From assembly GCF_033153115.1 (NCBI RefSeq), contig NW_026889791.1, forward strand, positions 1,302,001 through 1,366,000: a stretch of DNA of 64,000 nucleotides, in the 5' to 3' direction. Under the pieces are notes generated by a model. It did no database searches. It was not told the DNA's origin and saw only the letters and a program-made list of their open reading frames with translations. How positions within the stretch are numbered: the stretch's first letter is position 1; the number at the start of each line of letters is the position of its first letter. The stretch comes from Saccostrea echinata. Its lineage: Eukaryota. Both the position numbers and the translations under genes were made by a program. Below are positions 1-13,600 of this stretch, in pieces.

Positions 1-139
1 GGTCGACAGGAGATGCTCACTCCTCTATGGCTCCTGATCCCCGTCTGATGATTTTAGAGGTCTGTGTTTGCTCTGCTCCCGATTTGTATTGTTTCCTTGC
101 ACTTTTGAGCTTCATTACTTTTTTATTTCCATATTTCAT
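1..139 (+). mobile_element. Penelope-like retroelement 3' end fragment
   Basis: GATGCTCACTCCT..GGC(A/T)CCTGATCCC motif shared with the copies that adjoin RT-coding remnants at 41.2-41.6 kb and 49.5-50.0 kb. Confidence 0.7.
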
Positions 140-1252
140 GTAGTGTGATATTTACGGTGCATTCATCTCTTTACCCACTGTCTCCATTATATATCGTTAC
201 ATTTCATTTTTCCTTCGCATATATATTTGATAAGCAATTATGACTTATTCGTTTAGTCTTCAACCCCCAAATATATTTTGTTTTTAATAAAATCCAAATA
301 TAAAAACTTTTTGAGTCCATTATTTTTTGAATGCTCTTTTCATTTTAAGGAATTCAAATAAATCTTTAAAATATTAAGAAATCCTTAATCTACAAGTCCC
401 GTTATTTATCTTACTGTCACATCATAATGTATCGCATTATTTGTGTTCGACAAGACTGAATATCTTTGTGTAGCCTTAACATTACCGCAAACTCACCTCT
501 TATATTGGACAGAACGTTAGTGAATTAAATATATATGTTAAATCATTTTTAATACTTTAACAAAATCGCTAATTACATCTTTTTGAAATATGTATTTTTT
601 AAAAACCTTTTCCATTTCTTTTTTATTCAACAAAAATCGCCCCTGTAATGAAAAAGAGGAAGATGACGAACAGTTGTTGATCTCAAAAATTTGCTTTAAA
701 AAATTTCCTCAAATTTATGTCCGGAAGAATATAACAGAAACATAAACTTCTTTTTTTTAATGTTTAATCCAATGACGTCATTCAAAATAATGACCTGTTA
801 CTTATATCATTCAATAAAGATGATCTATTGTCCCGTTTAATTAAAGGACAATCCCAGGGCAGGTAAACAAAGAAATGGTTTTCTGTCGATTAGAACAGTT
901 TCCATAATACATATTTTTATTGGATTAAAGTACATTTAACATGCCTTATCTTTTGTTATTTGAAATAATGGTAACATTGACTGAAAGCTTATTCAGAGAA
1001 TAGTCTTCTTACGAGTCCTTTACAGTTCAAAATCTAAGGGTATTATTACTGTTCGGCTATCCCTTTGTTGTTTGATTACTTTCACTCATTTTTACCAGAT
1101 GTCTTATAGAGAAAAAAAATAGAACAAAGACTATTACATTTATATTCTCCTATTTGTGGAAGTATTTACCATAGGCATATTAAAATCAACATACTCGTAG
1201 CTACATACACATTAATTAAGCTTCTGAATTCTACAGCTTTTAAAAGTTCTGA

Positions 1253-1390
1253 ATGAAATATATGGAGATAAAGAACAGTATTCAAGCTCAAAAGTCCATT
1301 AAACATTATAAAATAGGAGTATATCAAACACGGACCTCAAAAACATCAGAGGTGGGATCAGGTGCCATGGAGGGGTGAACATCCCCTGAC
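1253..1390 (-). mobile_element. Penelope-like 3' end fragment
   Basis: Near-identical to 3087-3269. Confidence 0.75.
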
Positions 1391-1528
1391 TCATAGATAA
1401 CCCTTATTTCAAGATTATGTTGATTCATTAGATTTATTGGACTTCTCAATAACTTTGCAATATTGCTATTCAAGCCAATTTACCTTCATATTAATTTTTG
1501 TTGAGTCTCGGGAAAATTATAAGAAATA

Positions 1529-1700
1529 CCGGACAATATACAATTATTGACTGTTTTGTTGGTAGACATCACAAATAAATGGGTCCGAGTAGGGTTGTCA
1601 TCCCAGGGCGCTTGCGTCCGAGAGTGATAACCCTATTCAGACTTGATAATTTGTGATACCCCCTACTAACGGAGTCCATAATAGTTTTATTATCCTGAAG
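1529..1700. mobile_element. ~170-bp imperfect foldback; probable 5' end of a non-autonomous element extending to ~4697
   Basis: Arms GGACAATATA...ATCACAAAT...AGGGTTGTCA and TGATAACCCT...ATTTGTGAT...TATTATCC are imperfect reverse complements. Confidence 0.55.
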
Positions 1701-2022
1701 AATCTTAATTTATTAAATAGAGCATTTAAGTTGCACACATAAGGTAGGCCAAATTTTTCCTCAAATTCAGGTTTGTTCAAACTTTGATAATATTCTTCTA
1801 GGATGGAAAATCAATATTTATATATGTAATATGATAGAAATTCAACCATACATTTCTTGTCAATATTGTTTGAAATATGGCCTTTCAGACCTCTGTAGGA
1901 AGACTTTGAAATCAGACAGCCGACCTGAGATCGTGCATTATTTAAAAATTACCAATTGATCTATTGCAAAATAGTGTGATGCTGTTTATAAAGGCAACTT
2001 TTCAGTACTAAAATCTAGTTAA

Positions 2023-3750
2023 TAGCGATTCTCTGTAACCACTTAAACTTCTTTGCCACGCATGGTCACCGATTTTGATGAAACTTTGCCTATTATTACA
2101 ACTTGACACCAGAAACATATATCAAGTGAAATTTCGTTGCTATGTGTCTTTATTGCCATGGTAACAGCCAGAAAAGTTGGGAAAATTGAGATTTTTAGCT
2201 ACTTTGAATCTTTATTAGGCCTTAATAAAGACTAAGAAAAAAAAGAAACCATTCTTACAAAAACATGACACCTTGTTGCCACTTATGCTATAAAGAAACT
2301 ATTTAGAATTTGTCTCTAAGTAAGTGGTAACCATGGGTACATTTGGAATACATTTTAGATGCTGGAAAATGCCGAAAAACGCTCAATATTCACTTATGAT
2401 AGGTGTTACATGATGAAACTCAATCAACAACCCAAGAAAAACAATAAAAATATTTGACCTTAGATAGTTAGGTATTTGCAAAATTACTCTAAAGATAACT
2501 TTCATTGTTGCCATGGTAACAGAGTGTAACCATGCAAAATTTGTTGCTCAGATTCGGTTAATGCTACTATCTTGAGGAAAAACAATAACATTCATGACAG
2601 GCACATTTACATACATTGATAAAGTTTGTTGAAAAACTTAATACTGTTGCTATGATTACCAAAAAGTGAAAATATTCGATTTTGTTAATTTTATATTGAT
2701 ATTAAACCCTATGTGCCAACTTTTTGCTCCAGTTATAGATTGGTTGTAGTCAAAATTGAAAGTCAGGTAAGTTGTTCATAAATATCAATCATAAAAGTTT
2801 TTGGAATCTACATACAAGGGTACGTATCCAAGGAAACAGAATATTTTTCAATTTTTTAGGCATATTTTTTTTCGTCTAATTTCCATAGCAACGCTCTATT
2901 TAAAGAATCGAATTTGAATTTTTTGAAATGTGAAAATTAGGGTCACCCCAATGCCTTTAAAAATTGATCATCAGTTATATAGGGAAATGCTTTTTAAAAA
3001 GATAGGATGAGATTAAAACACTAAAAGAGTCAATTTAAAATCCCTTCGTTGTATTAAAACCATGGAACCATTGCCAACCTGTAAGAATGAAATATATAGA
3101 GATAACGAACAGTATTCAAGCTCAAAAGTCCATTAAACAATGCAAAATAGGAGCAGAGCAAACACGGACCTCCAAACATCAGAGGTGGGATCAGGTGCCA
3201 TGGAGGAGTGAGCATCCTCTGCCGACCGGTCACACCCGCCGTGTGCTCCTTGTCATGATCGGGAAATAAGAGGGAAAATAGAAATATCAGATTTCGTCCT
3301 TGGTATATGTTACAAGGATCTTTTGTCTATTATTTGCTTGCATTTCAATCTATAATTGTCTTTATTCTTAAGTGTATCACTTTTTAAATTAAATGAACAA
3401 AATTATTACTTATGAATAATTTGTTTCCATAGTAACGTGTATAATTATTGATTTACCAAACATGTTTATCATGCATTCAAGACATCAGGCCTTCAACTTT
3501 TAGAAACAGTCATTGCCACTTGTTTGCTTTGCTGCAAACATTAACTGTAGGACTCTGAACATGTTGAAAAATGCCATTTTTTAAACTTTTGGACATGTTG
3601 CTATGGTAACCATGACACGTAGCAACCAATTTTTGCCTGACTTAAGTTTACAGTATCAAAGACTCTTATCATAGAGAGTTTGGAGAAATTCTGAGACTAT
3701 GAGTGCCACAGCTCCTATATAAAAGTTCAAGTCATTACAGAGAATGGCTC
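2023..3750. mobile_element. Non-autonomous TIR DNA transposon, Kolobok-like (TTAA TSD)
   Basis: 27-bp inverted repeats 2024-2050 and 3723-3749 (23/27 match); TTAA at 2019-2022 and 3751-3754; no transposase ORF. Confidence 0.7.
3087..3269 (-). mobile_element. Penelope-like 3' end, nested in the Kolobok-like element
   Basis: Inverted near-identical copy of 21579-21758. Confidence 0.8.
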
Positions 3751-5638
3751 TTAAATATTTTGATACAAGTATATTTGAGTAAAATGTGCTGTAAAAATGG
3801 AACATACATAGCCCGGGAATTGCAAATTCACATTTAAATATGCAACACATTAAGTCCTCTTAAAAGAAAATGTTTAATTCATTTTTTTTTTTACAAAAAT
3901 CAACAGAATAATTGACATGGAACCCAGATTGAAATGTCAAAATGAGGAAATTTGAACCGGCGGTTTGAGATATATTGGCGAGTTTAAATAAATCAAATGC
4001 AAAAAAAAATGTAAATAATTCAGTAGATGACTCACTATCTTTGACCTTTGACCTCTTAATATGACCTTGACCATTATTGTAGAAAAAGAATGGAGACTCC
4101 TTATCATTATGTCCAAATATTAGGTCTCTACTATAAATGGATCAACTCACTTTGCATTTAATAACAGACTGTCATATGGCATGTAGATATGATTTGTTGA
4201 TAGCATACACACGATCCAAAAATGTAGGCTCCCGAATGAACAATATATAGGATCTCTTTACTTTTTCTTCAGAATATGGTGAAAACATGTCACAGCTTAT
4301 TTTTCTTACAAAGATCCTTGATTATTGACTTTATAGTGAAATCATTCTTTTTTTCTGGTGAACTTTATAAGATATGCGTTAAAAGATTTCATAGGTGTTG
4401 TGTACTGCCTTAAATATCAAGCAATTTTTTTGTGTTCTCCTACCCATTTCTCCGATCCCTTACATTAAAAGTATGTCAAAAGATAACGCTGACGTCACCA
4501 TTAGAATTGATTGTTTACCGATCCTGAATAAACAATTATATCAGAGTTATCTTGCTCATATCAACAACACAGTCATCTAAAGGGAGGCAACACAGTTGTC
4601 AACCTGTGCGTGGAGGAGACTTCATTGATTATCTCCCTGCACGTGACATGCTCTAAACCAATCAGATTGACTGTATAATTCTGAAGGATAACAATATTAA
4701 TTAAGTAATCAGGTTCACTGATTATCATCAAGATCAGTTAATATAAAGGTTCAATTCATGACAAACAAGATGAGGTTCACTTTTTTTAAAGGTGATTATT
4801 GTACACAACAACAACAAAAATGGTTTTAAAAATATATATCTATTTATACAGACGCCCGGGAGATGATAATCATTACAGCACCGATGGTTTATGTATGTAC
4901 ATTTTTTATAAGGCAACATATGTAACAGAAATCCAATCCATTTTTCATAGTCACACTTGACTGTGTCTGAAAAAAGAGATAAATATATATATTTATTACA
5001 TATTACAAGTAACGAGGTTTGACGGCAATTACCTAATAATGGTCAAAAACGGAAGACTGGATCCTTACCCTTTCTGGAAAACACGAGAAAACAAAAGACA
5101 GAGAAAGTCCCAATTCTGTCATACTTACTTTATATTTGATTTTGTCTTCAAAATAATGACAAATTTTTGAATTTCATAACTGAGAAATATACAGTAAAAC
5201 TCGCTTATAAGAAATCCAGGTAAAAGAAAATCTTAATTACCTTGCTCAGTTGAGTCTTTTATTTTTTAGCTGAAACAAAAAAAAAAGTAAATGAAAATTC
5301 ATCTCCTTCTGCATTAAACATTTTCTTATGTCTTTTAATAATTCATTTTATTTTTGCTGAATTTCTCAGGATGTTTTTATAGTCATTATTCATAAATTTT
5401 TCTTTTTTTATCGAAAAAAAATCAAATGTAATGGTGAAACAATATGTATAAATAAATAGATAAAAGATAAATAAAAAAAGACATTTTTTTCAGATTTTAC
5501 TACAATAAGAATAAAAGGTTATGTGTGAAAAGAAGAACAAGAATACAGATTATTATGAATTTTTTAGTTTGATTGAAATTAATTTTGCTTCTTAAAAGGG
5601 AAAAGGGTGCTTCTTTGTAAAATATGAACTTTCAATTT

Positions 5639-5642
<4 letters not shown>

Positions 5643-5714
<72 letters not shown>
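5643..5714. repeat. (AT)n microsatellite
   Basis: Uninterrupted AT run. Confidence 0.95.
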
Positions 5715-5717
<3 letters not shown>

Positions 5718-7255
5718 AAAAGTATGCAACCCTTTTACCTTAGGCAAATATCAAAATTACTGTCACCAAATGAAGGAAAAAGTTGTTAGAACATTCTTGG
5801 TGTTTCATAATACATGTACATGAAACAGGAACATATTAAAATAACGGTGTATACACAAGTTTCTCACAGTGAAATACATGAAATAAGCAAACTGTATACG
5901 GCAATTTGAAGTGAAATGAATTTGGATATATCTAGCGTGTAGGATGTGCAGTGCATGAATGAGGTACTAATATAATAAATGTAAAGATGTTGTACTTTTT
6001 TCAAGTTGTTTCATTTACAATTATTCTGCCGCCATATCAAAATATTTAAGGTATCGAATGGACCATTATGACAGGGATTTTTTTTCTATTTCATTGTGGG
6101 GGAGGGAGGGGTCTCAAATATACAGATATGTATTATATCATCATTTTGACATTACATTGTCATATCTCAAGTGGTTTTGACATTGCACTCCCAAATTTCA
6201 AGTCGTTTACATTTTCCTTCTACCAAATTGGCGCAGGTCATTAACTTCTTAAAAATAACAATGATAATAATGATAACCATGCAATGCAAAAAAATGTCAT
6301 AAAACAAATTTGTATTAAGAGTGGACATCCTTGAAGATAAGCTTGTGACCTTAGACAAAAAGCATGTGTGCAATACAAGATTTAACAGATTGTTTTATAT
6401 TTCCTTACTATAGTCACCATCGCCATCTGTCAGTAAGAAAACAAACGTAAAATTTAGTGATTGAAATTCTTTTTTTAACCATCTATACGATAATTATTCC
6501 TGTTGCATTGTGTGGAGCTATTAGTGACATCAATATTACACCTCATTTTTAGGGTATATTGTAATTAGCATGCAGGGAGCAAAAAAAAAGTTGTGTACAC
6601 AAAGTGGAATATATTAAATCATCTTCGATGTTGAATTAAGTATTGCATGACATCTATAGTGAGACCGACTTCAATAATAACAGAAGATATCCTGCTTATA
6701 TTCAAATCTAGTTTACAAACTAATTCATGATTAATTGATTGTATGTATATTAAACTCCCATTCGAGAGTTTTTCATTCATAAAGGGACGTTTTTCCATCC
6801 TCCAAAGAATGAATATTTTCGTTAAGCGTTAGACATATTCAAGAAATACTTGATGGAATGCATAATATCACCGACTTTGTAGTCAAAATGTACCATATGG
6901 AAATATCGGGAAAATGCAAATACTATGTTCACTCTTGTTTCAAATAGTAATTTTTTTTTTGTGTACATATAATAGTTATATCACTATATAATTCAGCAAA
7001 AATAGTTTGATACAAGAGCGATGGAAGTTAATTGAAAATTAAGAAGAGGAAAGATCGTGCATCTAATAAATATTCAAAGACAAGAGAAGAGCTTGTATAT
7101 ATTTTTCTACAGGAAACATCTACTTAAATACTACAAAACTAAGAGTTTTAAAGGGGAGGATGAATCTCCTACAAGAATACTTGTCTACATTCCCCTAATT
7201 ATTCACACTACTTATTCTCACCAACTCAATTTATGCATATTGGATTTGAGGATCT

Positions 7256-7620
7256 TTATGCATATGCAAATTTATTCATTGAATATCCTGCAGCTGGACC
7301 TCCTATTGCTTGGACGGGTTGAATTGGAAAGGGGGCAGGGCCTGACATAATGGCGGGACCACCAGCATGGATTCCAGCTCCTCCCCCTATAAAACCTCCT
7401 CCTATGGAGGCCACAGGACCACCTGCGTGAATTCCAGCCCCTCCAAAGCCACCTCCAATAGAAGCGACTGGACCACCTACATGAATACCAGGTCCACCTC
7501 CTATTGAGGCCACGGGGCCACCTCCTCCTATGAAACCTCCTCCAATGGCACCTCCTGGGCCGCCGCCAATTAAACCAGCCCCGCCCCCTATGAATCCCCC
7601 TCCTTCTTTACCTTTGGAGT
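7256..7620 (-). CDS. Exon 16 (terminal coding exon), Gly-rich repeat domain
   Basis: ACAACAG acceptor (weak pyrimidine tract) in frame with ORF 7256..7513; GGGFIGGG, GGPVASIGGG and GIH(A/V)GGP repeats; TAA stop. Confidence 0.9.
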
Positions 7621-10600
7621 CTGTTGTGTGTTTTCAGAGAGTAATTATATTGCGCAAAAATTCCATATGTATTAAAAATATTGTTTACAATTTAAACTTC
7701 CTATTTCATCCTTTTGTTTTATTGCTTGGTTCACATATTTGTTATCTTCAAATACTTAAGTATTTTTAATCTCTAGAACAATTAAAGCTTGAAAAAGAAA
7801 TTCGCTCATTTGAATATCTTTTTCTCAAATCAAAAAATACATTCATTGTGTATTCTTAAATGCCCAATGTAAAAAATAAATATATCTTTGTGTATCATGA
7901 TTTATGGCGGTTAACTAATCTTACAAAAGGAATCCTTCCAAGGTTAAAATTTGAATTAGGATCGTATTCTTGTCTCATGACTATAGGAAGAATCGATTTC
8001 AGTTCATAAGAATGCCAAAAAGCGAAGTAAATCGCAAATGATTAAGAGAATGTAAAAACTTACCATAACCACCGTGGGCCTTAGCAACGGGGACGTGGAT
8101 TTTCTTCCTATCAATAACGGGAAATTCAACTCCAACAGTCTTTACATTTGCAACTGAAAGAGATTAGACAAAAATATAAAGATTTAAAGATTAGGAGGAA
8201 CAAGGTGTAAAATGTTGCAATATTACAAACCATACAGTACCACCTAAGAGGTGTTACGTTTTCACATAGTATACCTGCGACGGGCTCTGAAAAATAAAAG
8301 AAAACAAAAATTAGACATTACATTAGAACCAATAATCCATTAAAAATATTGTTAATTTCTATCACATGTATACTCCTTTATCCAGTGGATATAGTCAAAT
8401 GATATTGTTATCAAATCCTCAGTTGTGGTCTCACAGTAAACGAATTTGATATAAGGATGAATTCATTATAACCCTATTTGGTGTAACTGTGTTACACTGT
8501 ACCTTTCCTGACCCTGTGGATGTGTTTGAAGATGTCTACTGGGATCTTTTTGACGACCAGTCTGGGTTGTGGAACGTTCTTGAACACTATGAGGAATAGA
8601 AGTTAAAACCTTGTAAAACGTGTTAATTCAGAGTACAGTGAACCTTCTGTCATCTGGACCTTTCTCCGTTGAAATAAAATTTGTAGAGAACAGAATAAAT
8701 TATATCTACCAATTATGTAATAAGTGATAAGCTTCATTAACCTGGACGATCCGCTATTTAAAATAACGCCCAGGTTAACAGGCTAGGGCTGTACAATATA
8801 ATGGTAGATACTAAATTTAATCTCAATGTCAACTAAAAAGAATCTCAAAAAAAAAAGAGATTTACAAAAGGACCTTTTTACATTGTTCAAGCATTGTACA
8901 AATCATTCATTTGAAAAAAGGTTATAAAGATTACTAGATCCTCTGTGATCTTGCTAGGTTTTTTTTTTTCTTTTTGGGATGCCAAGATTTCCTAAATATT
9001 ACAAAAACAATACAAAAAAATTCAAAAGAACATTTAAGTGGGTAACTTACCATGCTCAGTAATTGGCACTGGGACGGGCTGTTTCTCTGAAAGGTAAAAT
9101 TAAAAAAATTAATTTATTAAGTTCATTTCTAAAATGACCATCAGTAAAATACTTTTTAAAGATGATAAAATATGTTTTAGAGATAAACCAGGGACAATGG
9201 TGTGTTACTGGTTTTAAAGAAGAAATGTTTTTGCTATTGCACCATCATGTTCTTTCTAATTCCATTTAGATGCAGAGTGTAAATATGAATATAACAATAT
9301 TACACTCTTATTAATGATAGAAAATATAACTTTATCTTTTTTCTAATATTTGATTAGCAAGTGTTATCATGGTTTCAAACAAACACAAATTACTAATCCT
9401 AACTTTTTTCACTACATTATTGTGTCGACTGCAGAGGAGAGCGACACTAAGGGATTTTGCCCGGCGTCTATTTCTTTGTCCGTTTGTCACATCTTATATC
9501 TCGAGAACTGTACGGGGTAAGGATTTGATATTTTGCACATTTATTGCTTGGAACTACAGCTTTTTTTAAATGACCATGGTTACCGACTTCCTGACCCCTG
9601 ACCTTGACCTTTGACCTTCTCTTCCAAATATTTTATAATACCGATAAACAGCATATTTTTCACATTTAAGAGGTAAGTCTACGCTATTTAGTGTGTGCAC
9701 TGTTTGTCATAAAACATAACGAAAAATACCAGCGTTAGAATCCACTTGACCTTGACCTTTGATCTACTTTGCAAAAAATACTCTGGAAGCTTAATTTTAC
9801 GTATGTCTTTTGAATTTTGAAAGGAGGGAAGGGGTTTTATTAATTAGCATTCATTAGACCTCATGATACTGCACTTTGAAACTGTATGCCGATAAGTTTT
9901 CACACAAACTTATAATTAAATACTATAAAAATACATCGGCATCGGTATTCTTCAATTGATCGTGTAGGATCACAATTGCAGTAAAGACAGAGTGAAATCT
10001 CATTTTGAGTGTTGTTGGAATCACGTATAAATAAAATGAAAAATAGTTATTTCTAAAAATTTCAATTTAATTTTTCATTTGAGGTTTGAGGAACTATACT
10101 TTCTTGTCAGATTCTATTGCAGTCTTATACTATCCGTGAATTTTGTTTTCTTTCCAGACAAAACAAATGCCTGAACTATAATGCTAGTAATAAATAAATA
10201 GTTGACCACTTTTAGACACATGCGTTCTTTGGAACACTCTTGTTTAGTTGTTGTTGTTGTTTTTTTTTTTTTTTTTTTTTTTGGGGGGGGGGGGTATTTT
10301 CCTTCAAGAAATACATTTGATCCATTAATATTAAGATCCATTTACTATTGGCAGAACATAATAAAAGTTTGTAAACTGACTATCAAAATAAAATAAAGGC
10401 TGCTATATTTAATCTAGCTATAAATATTAATTATTTTGTAATCATGGAGCTTTTATTCATTGTTATCTCAGTTTTTGCATGTCATATGTACTAATTGTGA
10501 CGCTTTCTTTATTTTTGGTAATTCTTGTCATACTTACTAATTGTGACTCTTTCCTCGAACACTGGTTTGGGTCTGAATACTGAAAATGAATTTTAATAAT

Positions 10601-13600
10601 GATTAAATTCATAACTTTAAAAACAAAAAAGTGAACACAGTCTATTATGGAAATGTAAACGAAAGATTTCTGAATTCAAAATATATGTATAATTATTAAA
10701 CTAAAAGTCATTGTACAGTAAAACTCAATTATACGGTATTCACTGGGACTTCGAATTTTAATTCGTTTGAGCTGCGAGAATCTTTATATCTGAATAAAGG
10801 AGCATAGTGAAAAATTGACTATGGGATTCCTCATAACCGGGCATTCCTATTAACCAAGTTCTTAATAACCTAGTTTCACCGTAATTCTTAATTACATGCA
10901 CTGTTCATTGAGCAAACGTCCTTACTTTTATTTTCTTTGAAAACAGTCTTCTTTTTGATAACAATTTTTGGGTACGGTTGATCAACATGTACTGGTCTGA
11001 CGACTGAAAGAGAAGTAAAATGAAAGTAAAAATAAAAGTCAATCCGAAAGCAAAAGATATTATTGATATTAAAATTAAAAATCAATGGAAGACATTCTAC
11101 TAATTCCTTCTTTTGACCTTCAAAGATTAACCTTATATGTTTAAAGAATGAATTTTCAAATTAAACAACAATTAGATAAATTAATTAATTTTGTTGAAGT
11201 CAGAAAGAATGTTGTTAAGCTCTGTTTGTTGCCTTCGGTTAAATGGTTTCACCTGTTCTGACTTTGTGGATTGGAGTTGGGACATCGACTGAAAAGAGAT
11301 AAACGAAAAATGTATAAAAGATCCAACCTTTATTAAATCCCAAGGTTTCTTTACATGGTTTATTGATAAAAAATAAAAAAAAAAAAAAAAAAACAATCGT
11401 GCCAAAAGAGATATACATGCAATCTCATGTCATCTTTTATTAAAATGCAAATTGCAAATTTTGTGCTGCATTAAGTTTATTTTGGCATAACAAGAATCAA
11501 CAATTAAAAAAAAATCACATCATTCTTCAAATTTACCTGTTTTGTGTACATCGAATTTCTTAACAACTTCAACTGGCTTGATAACTGAAGAGAAAAGAAA
11601 TTGCAAATCAAAATGTATTTTTTAGTCTTTGTGTGTGTGTGTGTGTTCTTTGGGGTATATATTGTATTTTGTAGTTGTGGTCGAAAAGTCATATCTGCAT
11701 GAAATTAGGCAAACATTACTGAAATATAGAGTTATCTTTTTATTTCTCTCTCTCTCTCTCTTAAGGAAGGGAGGATGACAAGGGTTTGTTTTCTATTATA
11801 CAGCAGTATAAAAAAAAATAAATAACTTTACAGAATTAAAAAGGTTATACATGTACAGCTTATAAATTCTACTTACTTGTGTGCTTCCTGATGAATGGTT
11901 TGTCATAAATGTCTGAAATTGAAAATATAAATCAAGGTCACATCTGGCAAATGGTGATAGCGATAAAATGTAAGCCAATGTGATATTTTGAAACATAAAA
12001 TTGTGACAATAAAATTCAAGGTTACTTATTGTAAAGGGTTATATATTTACTATACGTATTTAAACCAAAGTGATTCTTAGATATTTTTATGCCCCCGTAA
12101 TCGAAGATTCGGGGCATATAGTTTTAGCCCTGTCCGTTTGTCTGCCTCTGTCTGTCTGTCCGCAAAAACTTTAATCTTGCCAGTAACTTTTGATTGGTTG
12201 GAGCTATGGCTTTCATATTTCACATGTGTATTTCTTGTTACAAAACCCTTCTTTGGTACCATTATACTTTGCCTTTTGACCTTGACCTTGGAGTTTGACC
12301 CACTTTTGCAAAATGTTATGAGACTTTAACCTTGGCCATAACTTTTGAACGGTTGAAGCTAGGGCTTTCAACCTTCAGATGTGTATTCCTTGTTACACGA
12401 CCTTCCTTTAAAATCCAACAACGTTGACCCATTTGACCTGTATCTTGGAGTTTGACCTACTGTTGTAAAAAATATAACCTTGGCCATAACTTTTGAACAA
12501 ATTGTGCTAGGGCTTTCATACTTCACATGTGTATTTCGTGTGACAAGACCTTCCTTTTGATACCAACAGCTTTGATCCTTTGACCTCGACCTTGGAGTTT
12601 GACCTACTTTAATTTTGAAAACCTTTTACCTATGACTTTTGAACAGTTAGTGCTCGAGTTTTTATACTTCACATGTGTATTTCTTGTGACAAGTCCATCC
12701 TTGAAATCCAACATCTTTGACCCTTTGACCTTGACCCTAGAGTTTGACCTATTTTTTGAAAAACTTTAACCTCTGTCATAACTTTTAAACAGTTAATGCT
12801 TTCAAACTTCACATATGCATTCCTTGTGACAAGAACTTCCTTCAAACACCAACATCTTTGACCCTTTAACCTTGACCTTGGAGTTTGACCTACTTTTGAA
12901 AAACTTAAAGTTTGGTCATAACTTCTGATGTTAGGGCTTTCATACGTCACATGTAAATTTTTTGCGAAAAGACCTTTCTTTGGAGACCAACAGTTTTGAC
13001 ATTGACATTGACCTTGGAGTTTGACCTAGTTTTAAGAAATTTTAACCTTGGCCATACTATTTGAACGTTTTGTTCTAAGGTTTTCACATTTCACGATAAT
13101 ATGTATCACTTGTAACATTACCTTTTCTCGGGCACCATTTAACCTTGACCTTGCCGTTTTACTTAGTTTGAAAAAACAACTTTAACCTTTGCCTTAACTT
13201 TTTAACGGTTGGTGCTAGGGCTTTCATATTTCACAGGTATATTCCTCGAGAAAAGAATATACTTTGGGTACCTACATATTTGATCTCTTGACCTGAAGTT
13301 TGACTTGCATTTGAGAAGCTTTACCCTTCACTGCTATATGGGGGCATCAGTGTTTCGCAAACACATCTTGTATTTATTGTTAAACAATATTATAACAATA
13401 TTAACAAGGTGGCTTAATGTAAGATGTAACTCTGTAACAGTACAAACTATGCAACATACAGTCAACACTTTATAATAAACTTTGTGGTCTATAATCAAAA
13501 GCAGTTAAGATCTTGTGATACATCGAGCTAAAATCTTTAAAATCAAAGAACTGTCAGCAATGAACTGGAATCAGTTAAATTACGATATTCTTGGACTATT

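Noticed and set aside
4852-5170. Plus-strand exon-like pieces (RPGDDNHYSTDGL / TRFDGNYLIMVKNGRLDPYPFWK...) and a 19-nt AG-GT unit near 6414-6432
   Set aside because: No start, no recognisable homology, weak acceptor; compatible with chance.
7530-7769. Pro-rich plus-strand ORF (MKPPPMAPPGPPP...) and ORF 7057..7350
   Set aside because: Antisense shadows of the Gly-rich exon 16.
10131-10170. Candidate exon in intron 11
   Set aside because: 40 nt, weak GTATAA donor, breaks frame.
12077-12950. ORFs 12077..12262, 12138..12329, 12669..12950 and other 60-120 aa ORFs lying in repeats (e.g. 3087, 22766, 40357, 46782, 56120, 58057, 62682)
   Set aside because: Translations of HINE, SINE or Penelope-like tail sequence or low-complexity DNA; no domain features.
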